A stretch of DNA of 61,642 nt, from positions 1-61,642 of the forward strand of contig JBJOEQ010000035.1 in the NCBI GenBank assembly GCA_046049195.1. The letters are read 5' to 3'. The notes beneath the pieces were generated by a model. The model did not search any database and had not been told where the DNA came from. It worked only from the letters and a program-made list of their open reading frames with translations. The stretch is from Actinomycetota bacterium. GTDB lineage: Bacteria; Actinomycetota; Acidimicrobiia; Acidimicrobiales; Ilumatobacteraceae. Shown piece by piece: positions 46,316 to 54,402 of the stretch; position 1 is the stretch's first letter, and every line of letters begins with the position of its first letter. The translations under genes were made by a program, and so were the position numbers.

Positions 46316-46777
46316 TTAGTCGTTGGTGCGCTTTTGAGCGAAGAACTCTTTCAACAACTGCGTTGCCTCACGTTCACACACACCATGCTTCACAATCGGG
46401 TTGTGATTAAGGCGAGGATCACTACACACGTTGTACAAGCTTGATGTTGCCCCGCCTTTAAGGTCGGCGGTTGCATACACCAATGTCTCGATGCGCGAAT
46501 TGATCAGTGCACCCGCACACATCACGCATGGCTCCAATGTCACAACAAGCGTGCAATCATTCAGTCGCCAGCGACCGAGTGCGGTGGCTGCATCGCGTAA
46601 TGCAAGTATCTCTGCGTGAGCAGTTGGGTCGCCCGTTGCTTCCCGTTCGTTGTGACGAGCCGCAATGATCTGGCCTTCGTGCACAACAACAGCACCGACC
46701 GGCACGTCGCCAGACTCGCTGGCCAATTGTGCTTGTTGCAGAGCGACCTGCATGGCTTGTTCGTAACTGATACCCAT
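46316..46777 (-). CDS. tadA: tRNA-specific adenosine-34 deaminase
   Basis: DVPVGAVVV, HAEILALR and LEPCVMCAGAL (the H-A-E and PC..C zinc site). Start at MGISYEQAM (46777). The ORF-track extension to 46858 runs through a tRNA gene. Confidence 0.88.
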   Translation of the reverse strand: MGISYEQAMQVALQQAQLASESGDVPVGAVVVHEGQIIAARHNEREATGDPTAHAEILALRDAATALGRWRLNDCTLVVTLEPCVMCAGALINSRIETLVYATADLKGGATSSLYNVCSDPRLNHNPIVKHGVCEREATQLLKEFFAQKRTND

Positions 46778-46864
46778 GGCGGAGGAGGTGGGATTCGAAC
46801 CCACGGAGACTTGCGCCTCACACGCTTTCCAAGCGTGCCGATTCGGCCGCTCTCGCACCCCTCC
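46777..46864 (-). tRNA. tRNA-Ser (anticodon GGA)
   Basis: GGAGGGGTGCGAGAGCGGCCGAATCGGCACGCTTGGAAAGCGTGTGAGGCGCAAGTCTCCGTGGGTTCGAATCCCACCTCCTCCGCCA. Long extra arm and anticodon loop TTGGAAA. The terminal A of the CCA is the A of the tadA ATG. Confidence 0.9.
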
Positions 46865-46943
46865 TTGTATTACGAGTGAAGGTTATCGCCGATCAATCAC
46901 GGGTTGTTCAGCGATATCGTGACAACACGTCTCCGTCGAGTGA

Positions 46944-47052
46944 GGTGACGGTCGGGTCCTGTGCAACGGACGCTCGAGAATCAGGTCAGAGTCGGAAGAC
47001 AGCAGCCTTCATCGGAAACGTTTGAGTGCCGCAGACCACCTGGCCGTCACTT
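46944..47052 (+). ncRNA. ffs: Signal recognition particle RNA (small bacterial 4.5S type); ends approximate
   Basis: Domain IV core CAGGUCAGAGUCGGAAGACAGCAGCC compares with E. coli CAGGUCAGGUCCGGAAGGAAGCAGCC (GGAA tetraloop, AGCAGCC). The terminal helix GGTGACGG (46944-46951) pairs with CCGTCAC (47044-47050). Confidence 0.85.
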
Positions 47053-47916
47053 CAGTCGGCGGAGGCGCTCTAACAATTGTGGTGCGCCAAGTTTGTTGGC
47101 CACTTCCTCAAATCTGTCAGTTGGGCCACGCCATAACCAATCGCCCACATCACCCACCGGCACATCTGTAATGAGGGTTGCAAGCTGTTTGAAAAGTGTG
47201 GCGTCTTTGCGATTGTTACGCAGTGTGCTTGCGAGTTTTTCGGCACTGCGAACCGTAATGCCATCGGCAATCCACTGGTTGTGATCATCGGGAATGTTGT
47301 CTATTAAGTGGTACTTCGCCAGCACAGTTGAAGCGCTCTTTGCACCCCAGCCTTGCAAGCCTGGAAAACCATCGGCGGTATCACCTACTAGCGCGAGGTA
47401 ATCGATAATTGACGATGGGCCGACACCAAACTTCTCAACTACTGCAGCCTCATCAATCATGATGTTGTTGCGTCGGTCAAACTGCACAACGCGCTTGCCT
47501 TGCACGCACTGACCCAAGTCTTTGTCAGGAGTAAGGATGAGCACTTTGTGCACTGTGCGGTCTTCACACGCAACAGCAGCAGCAGATGCAAGTGCATCAT
47601 CGGCCTCATACTTTTCCATTGCCCACACCGTCACACCCATAGCGCGTAGTGCGTCTTCGAGAATTGGAATCTGCTCAAGCAATACTGGTTCCATGCCTTC
47701 ACTTGTTTTGTAGCCGTCATATAGACCGTTGCGAAAACTTTCGATCACATGGTCTGTTGCTACACCAATATGAGTGGCGCCGTCTTGCAGCAACTGAATT
47801 GTTGATGTGAGAACACCAATGGTGCCGGCAAACGGTGGTGGATCGGAATGGCGAGTGGCTTGACCAAAATGCTGGCGATACAACTCATACGTGCCGTCAA
47901 CGAGATGTACTTGCAT
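47047..47916 (-). CDS. 5'-3' exonuclease (FEN/Pol I N-terminal-domain-like)
   Basis: HLVDGTYELYR, VATDH, EADD, and the H3TH block DGFPGLQGWGAKSA. Confidence 0.85.
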   Translation of the reverse strand: MQVHLVDGTYELYRQHFGQATRHSDPPPFAGTIGVLTSTIQLLQDGATHIGVATDHVIESFRNGLYDGYKTSEGMEPVLLEQIPILEDALRAMGVTVWAMEKYEADDALASAAAVACEDRTVHKVLILTPDKDLGQCVQGKRVVQFDRRNNIMIDEAAVVEKFGVGPSSIIDYLALVGDTADGFPGLQGWGAKSASTVLAKYHLIDNIPDDHNQWIADGITVRSAEKLASTLRNNRKDATLFKQLATLITDVPVGDVGDWLWRGPTDRFEEVANKLGAPQLLERLRRLK

Positions 47917-47925
47917 TGCAAAAAC

Positions 47926-48579
47926 CTACTGGACAAACAATGCGATGACGGCGCCGATGCACAAAAACGGGCCGAACGCAATGCGAGTTGACGCGGATGC
48001 ACGGCGAGTAACGAGCATGCCCCCTGCTGCAATACCGCCGAGGATGAACCCACCGCCAAGACCTATATATACGTGTGATGCGCCAAGCCAACCGAGAAAC
48101 ATGGCGAGCACAGGAGCAAGACGCACATCGCCTCCACCGATGCCACCTTTGCTGAAGGTTGCGAGCAGTGCAAAGAGTGCAAGCGTGACAACGAAACTTG
48201 CGAACATGACGCCAATGCGGTTGTTGTCATCATGATTGATCGCCGCCAAAGTGAGCAATGGGCCACCGACAATTGCTGCTCGAAAAGTGACTCCGCGCGG
48301 CAACCGATGAGTTGCGTAGTCGATGATTGATTGTTCAATACACATTGCAATCATGAATCCGTAGGCAACCATCTCGAGTGAGAATCCGAACTGTCTATGC
48401 GTGAGTGCGCCAAGCAATCCGCCAAGTACTGCAACTGGTGCCCTATTGATTGGCTTGCGCAGTGCGAGCGCGTCGAGCTTTGTAATGGTTCGTTGAGCCC
48501 GCCTGCTTCGCCGCATTGCAACAACCGCACCGACGAGTGCACTCACTATGGTTGCGAGTTCTAAACCCGCTGATGACAC
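47926..48579 (-). CDS. A24-family prepilin peptidase (TadV/CpaA-like, no methyltransferase domain)
   Basis: Two catalytic Asp contexts: SIIDYATHRLP and GGIGGGDVRLAPVL. Polytopic membrane protein. Confidence 0.82.
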   Translation of the reverse strand: MSSAGLELATIVSALVGAVVAMRRSRRAQRTITKLDALALRKPINRAPVAVLGGLLGALTHRQFGFSLEMVAYGFMIAMCIEQSIIDYATHRLPRGVTFRAAIVGGPLLTLAAINHDDNNRIGVMFASFVVTLALFALLATFSKGGIGGGDVRLAPVLAMFLGWLGASHVYIGLGGGFILGGIAAGGMLVTRRASASTRIAFGPFLCIGAVIALFVQ

Positions 48580-48581
48580 AA

Positions 48582-48983
48582 CTATTCCTGAACGAGTTCG
48601 ATCAGTGTGCCGAAGCTTCCTTTTGGATGGATAAATGCAACGGTGGTGCCACGGCTGCCTGGGCGTGGTGCTTTGTCGAGCGGGGTTGCGCCGGCTGCGA
48701 TCATTTGGGCTAACGCATCGGCGCAGTTGGCAACACGATAACCAATGTGATGTAAGCCTTCGCCACGCTTTTCGAGCGACTTGGCAACAGGGGAATCTGG
48801 GCGTGTCGGTGTGAGCAGCTGAATGTAGCTTTCGGCAACTTTTAGCAATGCTTCTTCCACTCCATCGGATTCGACCACTTCGCGATGATCGACAGTGGCG
48901 CCAAATGCACGCTGGTAATAACTAATTGCAGCCTCAATATCGTGCACTGCAATTGCAACGTGATCAATTTCGGTGAGTATCAC
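48582..48983 (-). CDS. mce: Methylmalonyl-CoA (ethylmalonyl-CoA) epimerase, VOC family
   Basis: IDHVAIAVHDIEAAISYY, GLHHIGYRV and AFIHPKGSFGTLIELV. Confidence 0.85.
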   Translation of the reverse strand: MILTEIDHVAIAVHDIEAAISYYQRAFGATVDHREVVESDGVEEALLKVAESYIQLLTPTRPDSPVAKSLEKRGEGLHHIGYRVANCADALAQMIAAGATPLDKAPRPGSRGTTVAFIHPKGSFGTLIELVQE

Positions 48984-50317
48984 TATTTCCTCCGGAAACG
49001 ATTGATGTTTTCTTCGCCAACCTTGGCACGCAACGCTGGGTCATCGATGCCCATGCCTTCGCGGGGGGCCAAGCACAACACGCCGATTTTGCCTTCGTGC
49101 ATGTTGTTGTGCACTTGGTATGCCGCTTCACCGGTTTGATCAAGCGTGAACACTTGCGACATCACAGGATGAATCATGCCCTTTTGAATGAGACGGTTTG
49201 CTTCCCATGCCTCGCGGTAGTTTGCAAAGTGACTTCCAATGAGTCGCTTCAGTCGCATCCAAAAATGGCGATTATCAAACTCCATCATGTAACCGCTGGT
49301 GGCCGCACATGTTGCAACGATTCCTCCGCGCTTGACCACATACATGGACGCTGCAAACGTTGAACGACCGGGGTGCTCAAACACAATGTCCGGATCTTCG
49401 CCAACGAGTGCACGAATGTCACCGCCGAAACGGCGCCACTCTTTTTCGTTGTGCGTGTTGTCGTCATTCCAAAACTTGTAGTTGGCGGCCTTTCTATCAA
49501 TCACAGCCTCACAACCCATCTCGCGCAAGATTTGTGCTTTCTCTGGCGAACTCACAACACCCACTGGGATGCCACCGCCATTAAGTACATATTGCAATGC
49601 ATACGCACCAATGCCGCCCGATGCACCCCAGATCAGTACAACATCACCTTGTTTCATGTTGGCGCCGTTCTTCGACACGAGCATGCGATAGCTCGTCGAG
49701 TTGCACAACGCATTCACCGCGGCTTCTTCCCACGAGAGGTGCCCCGGCTTTGGCATCAACTGGTTTGCCTTCACCACCGACAAGTCTGCGAGGCCACCGA
49801 AGTTTGTTTCGTAACCCCAGATGCGTTGGTTGCTGCCAAGCATTGAGTCGTTGTGCGACGACGGATCTTGATCGTCGACGTGATTGCAATGCACCGTGAT
49901 TTTGTCTCCAGGTTTCCAGTTGCGCACAGCAGAGCCCACGCGCAACACAACACCAGAAGCATCGCTGCCTATTACGTGATAATCGAGATCGTGACGCTTT
50001 GCCCATGAACTTTCGCGCGCTAGTCGTGCAAGTGCGCCAAAAGTAGAGATTGGTTCAAAAATACTTGTCCATACGGTGTTGAAGTTGATGCTGCTCGCCA
50101 TCACCGCAATCAGCACTTCGTCTGGGGCAATCTCGGGCGTAGCAACTTCTTGGACGTGCACGCTCTTGCGTGGGTCTTTCTCGGCGGACGCGACATCAGC
50201 AAACATTTCTTGTTCGCTCTTGAGCACAACGGCTGCGCGATACGTGGCGGGGATTGTCAGTGCTGCAAATGCGGCCGAGTCAGCCCCATTTTCGATGGCC
50301 TCCAGGATATTTTTCAT
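48983..50317 (-). CDS. ccr: Crotonyl-CoA carboxylase/reductase
   Basis: Near-colinear with Streptomyces Ccr as I remember it: MKNILEAI...DPRKSVHVQEV..VMASSINFNTVWTSIFEPISTF...AKRHDLDYHVIGSDASGVV...RIWGYETNFGGLA...SHFANYREAWEANRLI.KG.IHP..S...GKIGVLCLAP. Start at the Met at 50317; the upstream ORF-track extension is antisense to the thiolase. Confidence 0.9.
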   Translation of the reverse strand: MKNILEAIENGADSAAFAALTIPATYRAAVVLKSEQEMFADVASAEKDPRKSVHVQEVATPEIAPDEVLIAVMASSINFNTVWTSIFEPISTFGALARLARESSWAKRHDLDYHVIGSDASGVVLRVGSAVRNWKPGDKITVHCNHVDDQDPSSHNDSMLGSNQRIWGYETNFGGLADLSVVKANQLMPKPGHLSWEEAAVNALCNSTSYRMLVSKNGANMKQGDVVLIWGASGGIGAYALQYVLNGGGIPVGVVSSPEKAQILREMGCEAVIDRKAANYKFWNDDNTHNEKEWRRFGGDIRALVGEDPDIVFEHPGRSTFAASMYVVKRGGIVATCAATSGYMMEFDNRHFWMRLKRLIGSHFANYREAWEANRLIQKGMIHPVMSQVFTLDQTGEAAYQVHNNMHEGKIGVLCLAPREGMGIDDPALRAKVGEENINRFRRK

Positions 50318-50323
50318 GAATTC

Positions 50324-50329
50324 ACAGTA
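50324..50329 (-). promoter_or_regulatory. -10-like hexamer TACTGT (minus strand), 6 nt upstream of the ccr ATG
   Basis: The plus-strand ACAGTA at 50324-50329 reads TACTGT (TANNNT) on the minus strand. GAATTC then separates it from the ATG at 50317. Confidence 0.3.
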
Positions 50330-50344
50330 CAGACCCGAAACCCC

Positions 50345-50350
50345 TACGCT
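50345..50350 (+). promoter_or_regulatory. -10-like hexamer TACGCT, 7 nt upstream of the thiolase ATG
   Basis: TANNNT read directly. The whole ccr/thiolase divergent spacer is only 40 bp. Confidence 0.3.
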
Positions 50351-50357
50351 GTAACCC

Positions 50358-51539
50358 ATGCCAGGTTCATACATCATCGCCGGAGCCCGTACACCCATCG
50401 GAAAGATGAGTGGCGCGCTCGCCTCTTTTAGTGCCGCAGAACTCGGAGGGTTTGCAATTGCTGCAGCCTTGCAACGTGCAGGGGTACAACCGCACGAAGT
50501 CGAACACGTGATCATGGGTCAGGTGCTCATGGCTGGCCAAGGTCAGGTACCGTCGCGCCAGGCCGCATCCAAAGCTGGCATTCCAATGAGCGTGCCGAGC
50601 ATCAGCATTAACAAAGTCTGTTTGTCGGGTCTCAACTCTATTTATCTGGCCGATCAAATGATCGCGAGCGGCGAAGCCGACATCGTGATCGCCGGCGGCA
50701 TGGAGAGCATGACCAATGCGCCATACCTCGCAATGGGTGCACGTTCTGGTTTCCGATTCGGTGATGTGTCGCTGCTTGATGCGATTCAAAAAGATGGTTT
50801 ATGGTGCGCATTTGATGCTTGCCTCATGGGCCTCGGCACCGATCGTTATACCGAAGGCAACATCAGTCGCGATGTGCAAGATGATTTGGCAATGAAGAGC
50901 AACCAACGCGCTGCTGCTGCGATTGCTGCTGGCAAGTTTGCAGATGAGATCGTTCCAGTATCAATTCCACAACGCAAAGGTGATGCTCTTATTGTCGACA
51001 CCGACGAAGGTGTGCGCGCATCAACCACAATGGAGTCGCTCGCATCGTTGAAGCCAGCATTTGATAAAGCCGGCACTATCACCGCTGGCAATGCAAGCCA
51101 GATCAGTGACGCTGGCTCGGCCATCGTGATGATGTCGAAGCGCGCAGCAGAAAAGCGTGGCATCAAGCCACTCGGTGAGTTTGTTTCGTACGGCATGGTT
51201 GCTGGCCCTGACAACGCATCATTGTTGCACCAACCAAGTCGCAGCATCTTGCGAGCACTTGAGCGCGCTGGTAAGAAAGTTTCTGATGTTGACTTGTTCG
51301 AGATCAATGAGGCATTTGCTGCAGTTGGTATCGCATCAATGTGCGAACTCGGGATCTCCGACGACATTGTGAATGTCAACGGTGGAGCAATTGCACTCGG
51401 ACATCCAATCGGTATGAGTGGCAATCGCTTGGCACTTACTTTGTTGCACGAACTCAAGCGTCGCGGTGGCGGCATGGGTGCTGCGGCATTGTGTGGCGGC
51501 GGCGGACAAGGTGATGCACTTATAGTTCGCACCATCTAG
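50358..51539 (+). CDS. Acetyl-CoA C-acetyltransferase (thiolase II)
   Basis: INKVCLSGLNSI (active Cys), NEAFAAV, NGGAIALGHPIGMSG and CGGGGQG. Confidence 0.92.
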   Translation: MPGSYIIAGARTPIGKMSGALASFSAAELGGFAIAAALQRAGVQPHEVEHVIMGQVLMAGQGQVPSRQAASKAGIPMSVPSISINKVCLSGLNSIYLADQMIASGEADIVIAGGMESMTNAPYLAMGARSGFRFGDVSLLDAIQKDGLWCAFDACLMGLGTDRYTEGNISRDVQDDLAMKSNQRAAAAIAAGKFADEIVPVSIPQRKGDALIVDTDEGVRASTTMESLASLKPAFDKAGTITAGNASQISDAGSAIVMMSKRAAEKRGIKPLGEFVSYGMVAGPDNASLLHQPSRSILRALERAGKKVSDVDLFEINEAFAAVGIASMCELGISDDIVNVNGGAIALGHPIGMSGNRLALTLLHELKRRGGGMGAAALCGGGGQGDALIVRTI

Positions 51540-52042
51540 TGCAACTTTTCCCATCGCCGAAAGCAAATAACAAAGACGCATTGATCAGCACAGTCGGTGC
51601 AGCACTGGCAATGGCGATTACCTGGCTGGTTAGCGAAGCATTGCTCGACAGTGTCGCGCCAATACTTGCGCTGTCGATGGGTGCTTCAGCAGTCATTTTG
51701 TTTACGATGCCAACTGCCCCAGCAGCGCAACCATTGCCGTTGATTCTCGCCCATTGCATTGCCGCGTTTTTAGGCGTTCTGTCAGCGCAACTCATCGACA
51801 ACACGGCACTTGCTGTCGGTATCGCAGTCGGTGTACATGCTGGCTTGATGGTTCGTTTTGGTTACATGCATCCACCAAGCGGTGGCACTGCGTTGACAGC
51901 AGTGATTGGTGGCGAAGCGGTTACCGAACTTGGGTACACATTTATTTGGCGACCAGTGTTGTTGAATGCCTTGCTGCTGGTGTTGCTCGCAATAGTTATC
52001 AACGCGCCATTTGCGTGGCGTCGTTACCCCGCAAAGAACTGA
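51539..52042 (+). CDS. HPP family membrane protein
   Basis: MHPPSGGTAL motif with 4-5 TM helices. The GTG start overlaps the thiolase TAG by 1 nt. Confidence 0.7.
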   Translation: MQLFPSPKANNKDALISTVGAALAMAITWLVSEALLDSVAPILALSMGASAVILFTMPTAPAAQPLPLILAHCIAAFLGVLSAQLIDNTALAVGIAVGVHAGLMVRFGYMHPPSGGTALTAVIGGEAVTELGYTFIWRPVLLNALLLVLLAIVINAPFAWRRYPAKN

Positions 52043-52056
52043 ACAATCGTTGGAAA

Positions 52057-52665
52057 CTAGCCCTCGATAACTCGCCTGCCCTCAAGGGCGCGGCCAAGAG
52101 TAAGTTCGTCTGCGTATTCCAGGTCTCCGCCAACCGGTAGTCCACTAGCAATACGCGTGATCCGCAAACCGAGCGGTTTCAACAGACGTGCCAAATACAT
52201 CGCAGTCACGTCACCCTCGGTATTTGGGTTTGTACACAAGATCACTTCTTTCACGCCCTCGGTGTCGAGTCGTGCAAGTAATTCACGAATCTTGAGTTGC
52301 TCTGGGCCGATGCCCTCAAGTGGGTTCATGGCTCCTAAGAGCACGTGATAGCGGCCACGAAACTCGCCAGTTTTTTCGATGGCGATGACATCGCGTGACT
52401 CTTCAACAACACAGAGCATCGAACTGTCGCGGCGATCATCGTCGCAGATTCGACAGATTGGGCCGTCCGAAAAATTGAAACATCGATCACAAAAACGCAC
52501 CAACGCTTTTGCTTCAGTGATCGAATGCGCCAGTCGCTCAACATCTACAGAATCGCTCTTGAGCAAGTGAAACGCAATCCGTTGCGCACCCTTTGGGCCA
52601 ACTCCGGGAAGTCGTCCAAGTGCATCAATCAGCGCTTGCATTGGGGGTGTATAGGCAGAGTTCAT
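52057..52665 (-). CDS. recR: Recombination protein RecR
   Basis: Hh[18 protein letters not shown]; zinc finger [16 protein letters not shown]; Toprim [14 protein letters not shown]. Confidence 0.95.
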   Translation of the reverse strand: MNSAYTPPMQALIDALGRLPGVGPKGAQRIAFHLLKSDSVDVERLAHSITEAKALVRFCDRCFNFSDGPICRICDDDRRDSSMLCVVEESRDVIAIEKTGEFRGRYHVLLGAMNPLEGIGPEQLKIRELLARLDTEGVKEVILCTNPNTEGDVTAMYLARLLKPLGLRITRIASGLPVGGDLEYADELTLGRALEGRRVIEG

Positions 52666-52695
52666 AACGCGAGAGAAATCAATCTAGACAAAGTT

Positions 52696-54345
52696 CTACT
52701 TTTTCTTTGGCTTCTCTACCAATTTGGATCCGGGAAATGCTTTAGCAAGTTGATCTTCAACCGAAGTGGTCGTTGTTGACTTGGTTGTTGGTGCGCTCGT
52801 TAACTGCGAAGGATCAACATCTTCAAACACTGCTTCTGCGATCTGCTCATCGGTTGCAACAGGTGCCTTTGCGCGAGCAGGTGCAGCCGCACTTGGTCTG
52901 GTGGTTGGTGCACTGAAAGCAATCGTGATCTTGCGTCCTGTAATTAAAGAAAGTTGAGCCTCAACTGCCGCCACATGTTCTTGGGCCTTGCGTTGGTGAG
53001 CATCATTTGGCGCACTCACTGTCAGCACACCATCAACACAGCCCACAGCACTCACTGCGCTAAACACTGCTCTTGCTAATGCTTTAAAACCCGACACTAC
53101 ATCGGCCCATTGACTCACGAGCTGCTCGTCGGATAATGGCCCAGCGCTTGGTGCAGCAACTGTCACTGTGGCTTTGCCGCCTAGTTGCACTTTGCCGGTT
53201 GCGGCATTGATTGGTGCAGGTCGCACCATTGGCGCACTTGCATCTCGGGTGATGCCGGCCTCAAGACGCTCGATGCGTGCAACCAGCGACGAGTTGTCGT
53301 TGGCATTGTTTACGCTGGTGAGTTTGACGAGTGCTACTTCGATCAATAGTCGTGCGTCTGGGGCGTGACGCATCTCGATCAAAATTTCGCCAAGCACCTC
53401 AATAGCACGCACCACTGTGCTTGCGCCCATGCGACGCGCTTGATCGGCAACCAGGGTTTTGCGTTGCTCTGGCAACTGCACCAAGTCGGGGGCCATCAAC
53501 GACAAAAAACATTCGCGAAGTTGGCGCACAATTTCTTCAGCCAACATGCGTGGGTCGGCTCCGCGTTGGATCGCAGCAGCGGTTGCCCCAAGTGCACGGC
53601 CTGGGTCTCTGTCAATAATGGCTTCAACAAACTCATCAGGCGAAAGTTGTTCATCTGCTTCGCCGCCGCCTGCAGCAACAAGTTCGAGTGCCGACAACGT
53701 GTCACGTGCCGAGCCACCGCCTTGTGTGAGCACCTGGGCAATTGCGGCTTCGCTCACTTTGAGATTGGCGTCTTTGATTACCCATCGCACGTGCTCATCA
53801 AGATCGTGCATTGGCAACAAATGAAATTGCAGGTGCTGCGTGCGACTACGAATTGTTTCGCTTACTTTCTGCGGATCAGTTGTTGCCAACACAAACACCA
53901 CGTGAGGTGGCGGTTCTTCAAGCGTCTTGAGCAGCGCGGCTTCAGCCGGCTTTGAGAGCATGTGCACTTCGTCCAAAATAAAGACACGATGTCGGCCAGG
54001 GTTGCCGAGTGACGAACGCTCAATGAGATCACGCATGTTCTCCACACCGTTGTTGCTCGCGGCGTCAAGTTCGAGAACGTCGTAACTGTTGCCGCTATCG
54101 ATCGCCCCACATGAATTGCAAATGCCACAGGGCTCTCCCTTTTCGGGCTCTTCGCAGTTGAGCACCTTTGCCAAAATGCGCGCAGTCGAGGTTTTGCCAG
54201 TGCCACGCGGGCCAGAAAACAAATATGCCTGACCTTCGCGATGGTTGATGACGGCATTTTGCAGCGCACGAACCACGTGCTCTTGACCCTTGAGTTCGTC
54301 AAAGCGACGAGGCCTATAGCGGCGATATAACGATTGAACAGCCAT
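52696..54345 (-). CDS. dnaX: DNA polymerase III gamma/tau subunit
   Basis: LYRRYRPRRFDEL.GQEHV, FSGPRGTGKTSTARILAK, zinc module CEEPEKGEPCGICNSC, and FILDEVHMLS. Confidence 0.95.
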   Translation of the reverse strand: MAVQSLYRRYRPRRFDELKGQEHVVRALQNAVINHREGQAYLFSGPRGTGKTSTARILAKVLNCEEPEKGEPCGICNSCGAIDSGNSYDVLELDAASNNGVENMRDLIERSSLGNPGRHRVFILDEVHMLSKPAEAALLKTLEEPPPHVVFVLATTDPQKVSETIRSRTQHLQFHLLPMHDLDEHVRWVIKDANLKVSEAAIAQVLTQGGGSARDTLSALELVAAGGGEADEQLSPDEFVEAIIDRDPGRALGATAAAIQRGADPRMLAEEIVRQLRECFLSLMAPDLVQLPEQRKTLVADQARRMGASTVVRAIEVLGEILIEMRHAPDARLLIEVALVKLTSVNNANDNSSLVARIERLEAGITRDASAPMVRPAPINAATGKVQLGGKATVTVAAPSAGPLSDEQLVSQWADVVSGFKALARAVFSAVSAVGCVDGVLTVSAPNDAHQRKAQEHVAAVEAQLSLITGRKITIAFSAPTTRPSAAAPARAKAPVATDEQIAEAVFEDVDPSQLTSAPTTKSTTTTSVEDQLAKAFPGSKLVEKPKKK

Positions 54346-54402
54346 CGCCTGCGAGCCTACCTAGACGGTGCCACACCCCCGAAACCTTTTGGCTACCGTT
54401 GT

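Noticed and set aside
46616-46879. ORF-track ORFs covering tRNA and SRP RNA genes (4303..4557, 46035..46289, 46205..46444, 46561..46821, 46616..46879, 46961..47284, 61084..61347)
   Set aside because: These coincide with tRNA-Sec, the two tRNA-Ser genes, the SRP RNA and tRNA-Arg. The structured-RNA interpretation explains the sequence far better.
50326-50355. Palindromic operator in the 40-bp ccr/thiolase spacer (AGTACAG..N16..CTGTAAC)
   Set aside because: Only 5 bp (TACAG/CTGTA) actually pair, which is too short to distinguish from chance.
52696-54345. Programmed ribosomal frameshift site in dnaX (gamma/tau)
   Set aside because: I found no A-AAA-AAG-type slippery heptamer within the coding strand by eye. 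The only Lys-codon run is at the extreme C-terminus (..PKKK-stop).
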